From NCBI GenBank assembly GCA_003484955.1, contig DMZH01000001.1, positions 215,848 to 279,847 of the forward strand: a stretch of DNA of 64,000 nt, read 5' to 3'. This DNA comes from Candidatus Woesebacteria bacterium. Lineage in GTDB: Bacteria > Patescibacteriota > Microgenomatia > UBA8517. Below, one piece after another: positions 54,894 to 63,663 of the stretch. The notes below the pieces were generated by a model. The model saw nothing but the letters and a program-made list of their open reading frames with translations, had not been told where the DNA came from and did no database searches. How positions within the stretch are numbered: the first letter of the stretch is position 1; every line of letters begins with the position of its first letter. The position numbers and the translations under genes are program-made.

Positions 54894-55337
54894 TTAATTT
54901 TTTGTCAGAAAGAAAAAGGCAACACTTGTTATTATAAGGGACAAAACCGGAAATACAACCTTTTGATACGGAAAAAGCTGTTTGTCGCTGACTTTTCTGA
55001 CTTTTTTATCTGCCCAGATACCTATCAAGAAGAATATCGAGCCCACGGCGGTGCCCAACACCACTTTATCTATTCCCCAAAGCCGGTTACCCACGATCCC
55101 GATTGAATTATTAATTTTCAGGGGGATAAGAACCAGGAGATACATTAGGGCGATGATGGGTAACCTGTATCTTTGTACTTTCAGTCTGGGCCATTTTTTA
55201 TCGATCCAGTTAATTGTTATGAAAGAGAAAGACAAAATAAATCCGCCGATCCAGAGCGATGTCACAGCATCATCTATCCCTAGGAACCTTGAAATTCCTA
55301 GTCCTGCAATCACAGTTACTGTACAAACCGGGCACAT
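54894..55337 (-). CDS. Hypothetical polytopic membrane protein
   Basis: 147 aa; four hydrophobic helices. Confidence 0.45.
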   Translation of the reverse strand: MCPVCTVTVIAGLGISRFLGIDDAVTSLWIGGFILSFSFITINWIDKKWPRLKVQRYRLPIIALMYLLVLIPLKINNSIGIVGNRLWGIDKVVLGTAVGSIFFLIGIWADKKVRKVSDKQLFPYQKVVFPVLSLIITSVAFFFLTKN

Positions 55338-55464
55338 ATTAGTTATCTAGTACTGTATCCTGATTTTTTAATTGTTTCAATGACTTTTTGTGGTAATCAA
55401 TTAGACTATTGACGTAAAGTCTTGTGAAAAGGTATATTGGTTTCTAGTTACAACAAAGATAAAT

Positions 55465-55785
55465 ATGGCAAGCATTGATATTGCAGATCAAAATTTTGAG
55501 GCCCAGGTTTTACAGAGTAAGCTTCCGGTGTTGGTTGATTTTTGGGCAGAATGGTGCGGACCGTGCAAAATGGCGGGACCGGTTTTGGATGAACTTTCGG
55601 AGGTTTATAAGGACAAACTACTGATAGTAAAGCTGAATGTTGACCAAAACCCGGTCAATTCACAGAAATATGGAATAATGTCGATTCCGACCACGATTCT
55701 CTTTAAGGATGGTAAAGAAATAGATCGTCAGGTTGGTTTTTCAGGAAAAGAAGTATACGAGACATTAATGAAAAAAGGTCTCTGA
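55465..55785 (+). CDS. trxA: Thioredoxin
   Basis: 106 aa; WAEWCGPCKM active site. Confidence 0.85.
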   Translation: MASIDIADQNFEAQVLQSKLPVLVDFWAEWCGPCKMAGPVLDELSEVYKDKLLIVKLNVDQNPVNSQKYGIMSIPTTILFKDGKEIDRQVGFSGKEVYETLMKKGL

Positions 55786-55810
55786 GTATAGGGAAGGGGG
55801 TGACTAATTT

Positions 55811-56080
55811 ATGGATCCAAATCAAGTAAATCAAAATCCAACACCAGCAGGCGATGTTGGTATGGGAACGCCTGTCGTTGATCCTAATGCAGGAGTACAG
55901 GTACCACCAGTAGAGCCGACGATGCCAACACCTCCTCCGGCAATGCCGGTTGAGCCAGTTGCACCGGTTGCACCGACCGTTGAAGAACAACCGGCAGCTC
56001 CGGAAGTACCGGTTGCGCCTCAGGGTGGAGATATGGGTGGAGGACAAATGCCTCCGACGATGCCTCCGGCAGCCGTATAA
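55811..56080 (+). CDS. Proline-rich small protein, hypothetical
   Basis: 89 aa; low-complexity PxxP/PV repeats. The ORF has a plausible RBS (gggaagggggtgactaatttATG). Confidence 0.4.
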   Translation: MDPNQVNQNPTPAGDVGMGTPVVDPNAGVQVPPVEPTMPTPPPAMPVEPVAPVAPTVEEQPAAPEVPVAPQGGDMGGGQMPPTMPPAAV

Positions 56081-56182
56081 GATCGAATTTCGAAATGAGT
56101 AACCAAATCGAAGTCGGTTTGTCTAAATCCGAAACAAAGCTTTTATGTTTTGTCTTTCGGATTTAGCACTTCGAGATTAATT

Positions 56183-57145
56183 ATGGATAAAGATGTTTTT
56201 GCACCAAAACCCGAGAGTCCAATGGGTCCCTGGGATGTCGTTGTTATCGGCTCCGGTCCTTCGGGGCTTACTGCCGCTATTTATACAACCCGCGGAGCAG
56301 CCTCAACCCTGATTTTCGGGGGAGAAGTTTGGGGAGGCCAGCTGATGCTGACCACGATGGTTGATAATTTTCCGGGATTCCCGGAAGGAATTCTCGGTCC
56401 CGAGTTGATGGAAAAGATGAAGAAACAGGCAGAAAGGTTTGGAGCTGAATTTGTCGGAGTAAATGTAGACTCGATAGATGTCACGAAAAAACCGTTTGAG
56501 ATCAAATCCGGCGGAAAAACCTATCTGGCTAGGTCTGTTATAGTTGCGACTGGTGCGGAAACTGTCTGGTTGGACGCGCCCGGGATTAAAAAATTAATCG
56601 GAAAGGGTATTTCTTCATGTGCTCCATGCGACGCCCCGTTTTTTAGAGGTAAAAAAGTAGCAGTTGTGGGTGGGGGAGATAGCGCAATGGAGGAGGCTTC
56701 GGTTTTAACAAAATACGCATCTGAAGTAACCCTGATCCATAGGCGTGATGAGTTTAAGGCTTCCGCCGCAATGCAGGAAAAAGTGAAAAATGACCCCAAA
56801 GTAAAAATAATGTGGAACTCCGAGGTTATAGAGGCTATTGGAGAGACAAAATTGGAAAAATTAGTCATTAAAAACAACGAAACAGGAGAGACCGCAGAGG
56901 TTCCTTTTGACGGTCTTTTTATAGCGATAGGTCATAAGCCAACCAGCGACATTTTTGCCAGGCAGATTGAAAGAGACGAAAGAGGGTATATTTTGAAAAA
57001 AACATGGCATAGCGGTACCTCCACCAGAGGGATTTTTGTCGCGGGGGACGTGACGGATAAACATTTCAGGCAAGCTGTGGTTTCAACGGGAATGGGATGT
57101 ATGGCAGCCATGGAAGCCCTGGAATATTTGGAAGAAGATAAATAA
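56183..57145 (+). CDS. trxB: Thioredoxin-disulfide reductase
   Basis: Start set at MDKD (56183). FAD site VVVIGSGPSGLTAAIY, redox-active CAPC, NADPH site VAVVGGGDSAMEEA. Confidence 0.8.
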   Translation: MDKDVFAPKPESPMGPWDVVVIGSGPSGLTAAIYTTRGAASTLIFGGEVWGGQLMLTTMVDNFPGFPEGILGPELMEKMKKQAERFGAEFVGVNVDSIDVTKKPFEIKSGGKTYLARSVIVATGAETVWLDAPGIKKLIGKGISSCAPCDAPFFRGKKVAVVGGGDSAMEEASVLTKYASEVTLIHRRDEFKASAAMQEKVKNDPKVKIMWNSEVIEAIGETKLEKLVIKNNETGETAEVPFDGLFIAIGHKPTSDIFARQIERDERGYILKKTWHSGTSTRGIFVAGDVTDKHFRQAVVSTGMGCMAAMEALEYLEEDK

Positions 57146-57163
57146 TTCCCGCTTGTCGAAAGA

Positions 57164-58960
57164 ATGAATCAAGAAAAGACGGCCCCGGATAAAATCAAAA
57201 TAAGTTCCAAACTCTTTCCCAAAAATCTTTCCATAAAAACCCTCATATTTTCGGCAGCCGTTTGGTTTTTGTGTATTGTTGTTTTTGGTATTTCACTTAT
57301 TGTTGCCACAGGTGGCTTCAGAGGACAGGTAGATTCAACAAATTTTGGCAACTCCAATCTCTTTACAGATATCCTTATTGGCTCGATTGGAATAGGTGTC
57401 CTATCGTTTATTGTGGCAGTACTGTCAATGGCTGCCGCCCTCCTTTCGTTTTTTAAACTTATAACTTTTCATAAAAGTTTGTTGGGAATAATATTTTTTG
57501 TGCCTAAGTTTTTTTTGGTCATGGCGACATTGCCGCTTATTTTAATTTGGCGGATATTCAGGCAATCTAAGACAAGATTTGGGAAAAAATTCCTATTGGC
57601 AGCGGTTGTAGGAGCAACTCTTTTACCGGTGTGGGTAGGGGTTTATATTATCGTAGGAAAACTTGGGGCGTATCAATTAGGATATATTCCTGAAGATACA
57701 ACCATTGTCGGAACAGGTTCGATGTATCCGACCTGGCCAAAGGGCGATGCAGGAAAAACTCCGGCAGAGTTAACAAAACAAATAGTTGGTACTGCCGGTT
57801 TTTTGCGGTATCCCAATGGCTTGGTGGTGTTTGAAAAACGAATCTTCGGTCACGATATTGGAAGGGGTGACATAATAACCTTTCGCAACTTAGCTACAGA
57901 AGAACTGACCGAGAAAACTTCCGGCGATCCTGCAGGTTTATTAAAAAGAGTTATTGCTCTTGCCGGGGACACAATAGAACTTCGTGATGGTCTGGTTTAT
58001 CTAAATAGTACTCCGATTAAGGAACAATACGTTGCAAAACCCCATACAACTTTTGGAGAGGCATTTTTAAAAGAGTGTCAAAAGGTTACAGTTCCCGAAA
58101 ATAATGTTTTTGCAATGGGAGATAACAGAATGGGGAGTGCAGATTCAAGAGAGATAGGATTTGTGCCAATCTCAGATATTGATTACATATTGCCTTACAG
58201 AGACCAAAAGGGAAAATTAGATAAAAATTGGCATGATACAACAAATGACCTGGATGATTCTTCAAAGCCAAAAATTGACAGAAATCAATTTGTAGAACTG
58301 CTTAACGCCAAAAGAAAAGAAAATGGTGCCGGCAAAATTGAATATGATACCAAACTTGAGAAATCTGCGGAGTTAAGAGGAAAGGCAATACTGAAATTTG
58401 ACGATTATACGTATGAGGCAACAATAAGTGGTTACCCAATGGAAAAATCTATGGCGGATGCAGGATATTGGAATTCTTATTGGTGGGAGGTGATAATCCC
58501 CGGATATTACGATGCAGACGGACTAATCGAGGATTATTTAGATCGTGATACAAGCGATGCCAAGAAAAACTGGTTTGACAAAAAGTTTCAGGATATTGGA
58601 ATTGCGGAAGTGGAAGGAACGGTAAATGGCTGTCCGACACAGGTAATCATTGTTCAAGTTGCAGGGTATATACCGGCTACATATGACCCTGATGTTGTAC
58701 AGAGTTGGAGGGATTCATTAAACAATTTAAACGATATCATTCCTTCATGGGAGAAGGCTAAGGGGTGGGATTATATAAACCAACAGGATCTGGCACGCCT
58801 TCTAGACCTCCTTTACAGAGAAAGAACAATTGCATCTAACATTTTGTCAAAAGAAGAGGCACGTCAATGGTTGAGTAAAGCTGACAATGATTCTATTGAT
58901 GAATATGAAAAATTGGCAAAAGAGAGTTTCTCCCTGGCAAATAAACTAAACGGAAAATAA
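57164..58960 (+). CDS. Signal peptidase I (S26) fused to an N-terminal polytopic membrane domain and a C-terminal CAP (SCP/PR-1-like) domain
   Basis: 598 aa; four or five N-terminal TM helices; SPase I catalytic region with GSMYP and GDNRMGSADSREIGFVP; C-terminal about 250 aa with a CAP-like segment ELLNAKRKENGAGKIEYDTKLEKSAELRGKAILKFDDYTYEA. Confidence 0.65.
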   Translation: MNQEKTAPDKIKISSKLFPKNLSIKTLIFSAAVWFLCIVVFGISLIVATGGFRGQVDSTNFGNSNLFTDILIGSIGIGVLSFIVAVLSMAAALLSFFKLITFHKSLLGIIFFVPKFFLVMATLPLILIWRIFRQSKTRFGKKFLLAAVVGATLLPVWVGVYIIVGKLGAYQLGYIPEDTTIVGTGSMYPTWPKGDAGKTPAELTKQIVGTAGFLRYPNGLVVFEKRIFGHDIGRGDIITFRNLATEELTEKTSGDPAGLLKRVIALAGDTIELRDGLVYLNSTPIKEQYVAKPHTTFGEAFLKECQKVTVPENNVFAMGDNRMGSADSREIGFVPISDIDYILPYRDQKGKLDKNWHDTTNDLDDSSKPKIDRNQFVELLNAKRKENGAGKIEYDTKLEKSAELRGKAILKFDDYTYEATISGYPMEKSMADAGYWNSYWWEVIIPGYYDADGLIEDYLDRDTSDAKKNWFDKKFQDIGIAEVEGTVNGCPTQVIIVQVAGYIPATYDPDVVQSWRDSLNNLNDIIPSWEKAKGWDYINQQDLARLLDLLYRERTIASNILSKEEARQWLSKADNDSIDEYEKLAKESFSLANKLNGK

Positions 58961-59001
58961 TGCTTCCATAGTTTACCCGGGTTGACTTTTTTGCCGTTAA
59001 A

Positions 59002-59820
59002 GTGGAGAATGGACACATGTCAGAGAAAGTAAAATCCTCAAAAAGCCTCCAGCAATTCCTAGTTCCGGCACTGGTAATCGTAGCTATTGGCCTGGCTTTC
59101 CTGTCAGGAACGCTTCTCCAAAAAGTAAAAAATTATGAAAAAGACGGAAATGTCGGTATAGCTACAAAAGACACCACTGAAGCACAGCCATCGGTATCAC
59201 TGGATACAATCAAGAATCTTTTCGGTAAGGATTTAATTAAATTTGGAGATGTCGATCGCAAAATTCTATTTGTCGAAATGGCGGATCCAAGCTGTCCTTA
59301 CTGCGCTGCGGCTGACGGAAAAAATCACTCGATATACACAAGTATTGGGGAAAATTTTCGACTTACCGCGGATGGGGGACAATATGTAGCACCCGGACCC
59401 GAGATGAAAAAACTGGTTGATTCGGGACAGGCATCTTACGCTTACATTTACTATCCCGGACACGGCAATGGGGAAATGGGAATGAAAGCCCTTTATTGTG
59501 CCAATGAAAAAGGTAAATTCTGGGAAGCACACGACCTTATTATGAGTGACGCCGGCTATACTTTGGTAAATACTACGGTTAAAAATGATAAAACAAAATC
59601 GGGCACAGTTGCTGATTTTTTGGGAAGCGTAATCGATCCAAGTTTTATAAAATCATGTCTGGACAGCGGTAAATATGACGCAAGACTGCAGAGTGACCAG
59701 GAATTGGCGGTAAGCCTGGGATTTAAAGGAACCCCCACATTTTATATAAACGCAACCAGTTTTCCCGGTGCGTATAATTATACCGATATGAAATCCGCAA
59801 TTGACTCCGCTTTGAAATAA
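59002..59820 (+). CDS. DsbA-like thiol:disulfide oxidoreductase (thioredoxin fold), membrane-anchored
   Basis: 272 aa; N-terminal TM helix and CPYC active site (MADPSCPYCAAADG). Confidence 0.7.
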   Translation: MENGHMSEKVKSSKSLQQFLVPALVIVAIGLAFLSGTLLQKVKNYEKDGNVGIATKDTTEAQPSVSLDTIKNLFGKDLIKFGDVDRKILFVEMADPSCPYCAAADGKNHSIYTSIGENFRLTADGGQYVAPGPEMKKLVDSGQASYAYIYYPGHGNGEMGMKALYCANEKGKFWEAHDLIMSDAGYTLVNTTVKNDKTKSGTVADFLGSVIDPSFIKSCLDSGKYDARLQSDQELAVSLGFKGTPTFYINATSFPGAYNYTDMKSAIDSALK

Positions 59821-59835
59821 ATCATTATAAATGTC

Positions 59836-60657
59836 ATGAGGAAACAAGGAAGTAAAATCAGCGAAGCTTCGATCTCACAAATAAAAATTAATATTCCCGT
59901 AAAAGGAAATGCCATCTTGGAAAAAATTCTTGATATGGTGAATTCAAATAGGGAAATAAAGACTCTTTGGAGAATAATGAATGTAAACGCAATTGAACGG
60001 CTTGGATATACGGATCACGGGCCGATGCATTTTAATTTTGTTGCCAATTACGCTTTACAGATTGCACGGATTTTTGAAAACAAGGGGATCCCGTTTTCAA
60101 TCGTAAAAGACTTTGGCCTGACGAATGACCATGCCGAGGTGGTAATTTTTTTGGCCTCCCTAATGCACGATCTTGGAATGAGCATCCATAGAGTCAACCA
60201 TGAAATTTTCAGCCTTTTCATTGCCCGCGATTTTTTGAAGGAAATACTGGATTTTATGCCAGTCGAAGAAAAAACAGTTGTCCTGAGCGAAACACTGCAC
60301 GCGATTATTAGCCATAGCCATGGAAGTGCCGGCAAGACTTCGACTGTCGAAGGAGGAATTGTCAGAATCGCGGATGCCCTTGATATGAGTAAAGGTAGAA
60401 GCAGAATTCCGTACCAGATGGGAAAAATCGATATTCACTCGGTATCCGCCAACGCCATTGAAAGCGTCAAAGTTACCGAGGGCAAAGACAAACCGGTTGA
60501 GGTTAGGATTGTTATGACAACGGAAGCTGGAGTTTTTCAGGTAGATGACTTTATTGAGGAAAAACTAGAGGTTTCAGGACTTACCAAATACATCGACGTA
60601 AAGTCTTTCTTAAAGGAACATGGCACAGAGAAGCTTTATAAGCATTATTCTTCCTGA
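59836..60657 (+). CDS. HD-domain phosphohydrolase
   Basis: 273 aa; H...HD (HGPMHFNFV...LMHDLGM) and later His/Asp residues. Confidence 0.65.
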   Translation: MRKQGSKISEASISQIKINIPVKGNAILEKILDMVNSNREIKTLWRIMNVNAIERLGYTDHGPMHFNFVANYALQIARIFENKGIPFSIVKDFGLTNDHAEVVIFLASLMHDLGMSIHRVNHEIFSLFIARDFLKEILDFMPVEEKTVVLSETLHAIISHSHGSAGKTSTVEGGIVRIADALDMSKGRSRIPYQMGKIDIHSVSANAIESVKVTEGKDKPVEVRIVMTTEAGVFQVDDFIEEKLEVSGLTKYIDVKSFLKEHGTEKLYKHYSS

Positions 60658-61184
60658 ATTGATTCCAGAACCTTGTAGACTATAACAGCCGCAGATCCCC
60701 AGACGTTGAGCGACTTATTTACACCAAACATGGGAAGCTCAACTATTACATCTGCCAAGTCCAGTACTTCTTTTGAAATCCCGTCAGTTTCGTTGCCAAC
60801 GACTATCGCGACAGGAAGCCCCACCTTGGCACCCAGTACAGAGTAGGGAGTACTTAGTGAGGACTGTTCTACGGCAATGATTTGCATCCCTTTCTGTTTT
60901 AACTCTTTCACCAAATCTATCGTATTTTCCTTTTTTTCCCAAGGAACCCATTCTTCGGTTCCAACAGCCGCCTTGTGGATCCGGCTGTTTGGGGGGTACT
61001 CGGTATCACCGCAGATGTATATTTTTTCAGCGGCGATTGCGTCGGCAAGACGGAATAAAGAGCCAATATTGTAGGTATCTATTACTCGATCTAAAACCAA
61101 GTAAATTGGTTTTCTTTTTATTGTTGAATACGTTTCCGGAATAGGGCGGGTACGCCTCAAATCTTTTGCACCAAGCTTAAACAT
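60645..61184 (-). CDS. SpoU/TrmH family RNA 2'-O-methyltransferase
   Basis: 179 aa; SPOUT motifs IGSLFRLADA, VVGNETDGIS and LNVWGSAAVIVY. Confidence 0.75.
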   Translation of the reverse strand: MFKLGAKDLRRTRPIPETYSTIKRKPIYLVLDRVIDTYNIGSLFRLADAIAAEKIYICGDTEYPPNSRIHKAAVGTEEWVPWEKKENTIDLVKELKQKGMQIIAVEQSSLSTPYSVLGAKVGLPVAIVVGNETDGISKEVLDLADVIVELPMFGVNKSLNVWGSAAVIVYKVLESIQEE

Positions 61185-61359
61185 AAGTGAGCCATACGGG
61201 TCTGGAACCCTTTAGTCCCATAACTAGTAACTTTCGTAGTGTATCATATCAAGGCTAAATGAGACAAATGAGACACCATATAAAGGGATTGATGGAAACT
61301 CTTCTCTGGCAAGTTCACGTCATAGACTTATCTGAATAAAAGAGCCATAATGAAAATAT

Positions 61360-61653
61360 ATGGCAACTGATGAGGACTGGGATAGCTTTGAAAAGTTCAA
61401 GAAATATTACGTAGGCATTGCTTTTGGTATGGGTAGTGGCTTTATGTTGGGTTTATCTCGGACAACTAACGAACCCTCTCAATATATTATGGTTTCTGTT
61501 ATTGCTGGATTATTGGGTGTTGGTACTTCTCCATTTTATACATCGGGAAAATTAGTCGATAAAGTTAAAAAGGCTTTTGTGGGCACTGTAATTGGATTTA
61601 TTGTTGGATTAATACTAGCTTTTGTTTTGCTTCAAAATATTTCTTCAAACTAG
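61360..61653 (+). CDS. Small membrane protein, hypothetical
   Basis: 97 aa; three hydrophobic helices. Confidence 0.4.
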   Translation: MATDEDWDSFEKFKKYYVGIAFGMGSGFMLGLSRTTNEPSQYIMVSVIAGLLGVGTSPFYTSGKLVDKVKKAFVGTVIGFIVGLILAFVLLQNISSN

Positions 61654-61834
61654 CTATCTGGCATAGTCCTCTATTTTCTAAACGGGCAGGTTATTTTACA
61701 TTCTGTCTTTTTGTCACAATTGTAAACAAGGACGGTCATAAGAACCCCGTATACGAAAGGCCTTTTTACTACAATCATGCTGATAATTCCGGTGAGCCAA
61801 ACAAGTCTAAAACCTAGATAAGTGGTAATTATTT

Positions 61835-62434
61835 TCAAAACAGAGCTAGAACTCCAAGACTGATCACTAAAGACATTATTGCCAGAACAAAATTATCGAT
61901 CTGACCAGGATTTAATACATCTATCTTGCCGTCCTCTTGCCGGACGTTTTCATTATATTGATTTAAGTTAATTATTTTTTTACCAATCTTTATTGATACC
62001 TGATCAACTTTTAGTTGTGTTGCGTCAATCCCAGGCCACAGTTGGTGTTTTGTAGGCAAATTTTCGATCCAAAGCTTCTTATTATTAGCTTTGTTTAACT
62101 CGAAAACAAAAACCTTATCAGAACCTTTGTATTGACCAAGAAAATAATCCTCATTTAGTTTATCAATTGGATACTTTTTCAAAAAGAGTGATTTTTGGAA
62201 CTCCAAAGGAGCTTTATTTAATGCTCTAAAAATCAACGAATAAAATCCCAAATAAAAAGCTAGATTAAATATGCCCTCTTTAGTAATTAACCATAGAGAA
62301 TCGTTTAGTTTTAAACTACCACCGGCAATAAGAAGTATTACTAAAAAAATACTTAAAGAAAACAAAGGTCTAACTATGTTGGGAAGTTCATCGTAAAGAA
62401 GTTTAAACCAATTTTTTATTTCGTTATTATCCAT
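61835..62434 (-). CDS. Membrane protein, hypothetical
   Basis: 199 aa; TM helices near the N-terminus and at the extreme C-terminus. Confidence 0.5.
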   Translation of the reverse strand: MDNNEIKNWFKLLYDELPNIVRPLFSLSIFLVILLIAGGSLKLNDSLWLITKEGIFNLAFYLGFYSLIFRALNKAPLEFQKSLFLKKYPIDKLNEDYFLGQYKGSDKVFVFELNKANNKKLWIENLPTKHQLWPGIDATQLKVDQVSIKIGKKIINLNQYNENVRQEDGKIDVLNPGQIDNFVLAIMSLVISLGVLALF

Positions 62435-62544
62435 ATATTACAGGCCTCAAAAACGACATTCCAAGCAATTTGATCAATAATTAGCAAGCCTTATCGGGCT
62501 TTTCGGCGCAGGCCAACGGGTCGCGCTGAACCTTGCGATATATG

Positions 62545-62618
62545 TGACCCCATTGGGATTCGGACCCAAGATTTCTGGGATGAAAACCCAGCGTCCTAGA
62601 CCACTAGACGATGGGGCC
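62545..62618 (-). tRNA. tRNA-Glu (anticodon UUC)
   Basis: Reverse complement ggcccca-tc-gtct-agtggtcta-ggac-g-ctggg-ttTTCat-cccag-aaatc-ttggg-tccgaat-cccaa-tggggtc-a. Confidence 0.8.
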
Positions 62619-62629
62619 ATGTTGATATG

Positions 62630-62701
62630 TGAGCCCTCTGGGACTCGAACCCAGAACCGCTTCCTTAAAAGGGAATTGCTCTACCATTGAGCTAAGGGCC
62701 C
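62630..62701 (-). tRNA. tRNA-Lys (anticodon UUU)
   Basis: Reverse complement gggccct-ta-gctc-aatggta-gagc-a-attcc-ctTTTaa-ggaag-cggtt-ctggg-ttcgagt-cccag-agggctc-a. Confidence 0.8.
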
Positions 62702-62734
62702 TCATGGGGCACCTTGGATAAATGGCAAGATATT

Positions 62735-62756
62735 CTTACCATTGAGCTAAGGGCCC
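62735..62756 (-). repeat. Direct repeat: duplicated 5' fragment (acceptor 5' strand plus D-arm) of tRNA-Lys
   Basis: cttaccattgagctaagggccc repeats 62680-62701 (ctctaccattgagctaagggccc) with one indel, 33 bp upstream of the intact gene on the gene strand. No complete cloverleaf, so it reads as a pseudo-tRNA remnant. Confidence 0.5.
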
Positions 62757-62805
62757 GCGTAAGCTCATATTTTACTCGTTTAGGGGTAATTCCTCAAGCT
62801 GGAGG

Positions 62806-63495
62806 TTAGACTCTTTCTTTTGATAGCCGTGTGGAAGTTTCTAATTCGATCTCAGGAATGGTTTTTTCAGCATTAACTACTATCAATCTGTCCTCGATTG
62901 CCAGCCTTTCTATTAGTGGTTTGGTTAATTCATGGAAGGTTCTCAACTTTTTTTCGACCGATTCCGGCCTATCATCATCCCTGAGGGGTAAGCCACTGAC
63001 TTTGGCAATATAATTTCTCATTTTAGATCTTTCTCTGGTAGTTTCATCGGAAACCGGATAATAAATATAGTTGGTGAATATTTCAAAATCCTTGGACATT
63101 TCGATAAACATATCATCCACCAGATTTAACTGCGTAACGGTCCTGGGAAATCCTGTAAACAGGAAAGTGGCAATGCCGTTTTCGGTCTTTTCCAGAAGTA
63201 CCTCTTTTACTATTTTGACGATTGGTTCATCCGGAATATAGCCCCCGGAATCTACATTGGCAATATATGGTTCCAAAATGCTGTGATATTTGACAAACTC
63301 TCCGACACAATCTCTTGCCCCTCTATAAATCTCCCCCGTGGAGAGTTTCACAGAGTCTTGCAACTTTTCAAGCAGAAGATTTGCCTGAGTGTCTTTGCCA
63401 GACCCACCCTTGCCGATAAAAAAGATAAATTGAAGGGATTCCTTTTCCATATGCGAAATATAACGGGGATCTTTGGAATAATCAAGATGAAACAA
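62806..63495 (-). CDS. Adenylate kinase-family nucleoside monophosphate kinase
   Basis: 229 aa; P-loop IFFIGKGGSGKDTQANLL, LID/NMP-binding-like regions. The true start may be the internal Met at about 63450. Confidence 0.55.
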   Translation of the reverse strand: MFHLDYSKDPRYISHMEKESLQFIFFIGKGGSGKDTQANLLLEKLQDSVKLSTGEIYRGARDCVGEFVKYHSILEPYIANVDSGGYIPDEPIVKIVKEVLLEKTENGIATFLFTGFPRTVTQLNLVDDMFIEMSKDFEIFTNYIYYPVSDETTRERSKMRNYIAKVSGLPLRDDDRPESVEKKLRTFHELTKPLIERLAIEDRLIVVNAEKTIPEIELETSTRLSKERV

Positions 63496-63559
63496 GCTCG
63501 CGGTTTTCGGGAAACTGGTATAAAATACACTTGCTGCAAAATATTTGTAGCGGTTTCTT

Positions 63560-63634
63560 TGGGGAGTCGTCTAATGGTAGGACAGCAGCCTTTGAAGCTG
63601 TTTATTCTAGGTTCGAATCCTAGCTCCCCAGCCA
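63560..63634 (+). tRNA. tRNA-Gln (anticodon UUG), CCA encoded
   Basis: tggggag-tc-gtct-aatggta-ggac-a-gcagc-ctTTGaa-gctgt-ttatt-ctagg-ttcgaat-cctag-ctcccca-g-cca. Confidence 0.85.
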
Positions 63635-63663
63635 AGATCGACAAATCTGCTATAATTTACGCC

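Noticed and set aside
63348-63644. 98-aa minus-strand ORF
   Set aside because: Overlaps the tRNA-Gln gene antisense and the adenylate kinase 5' region. No support.
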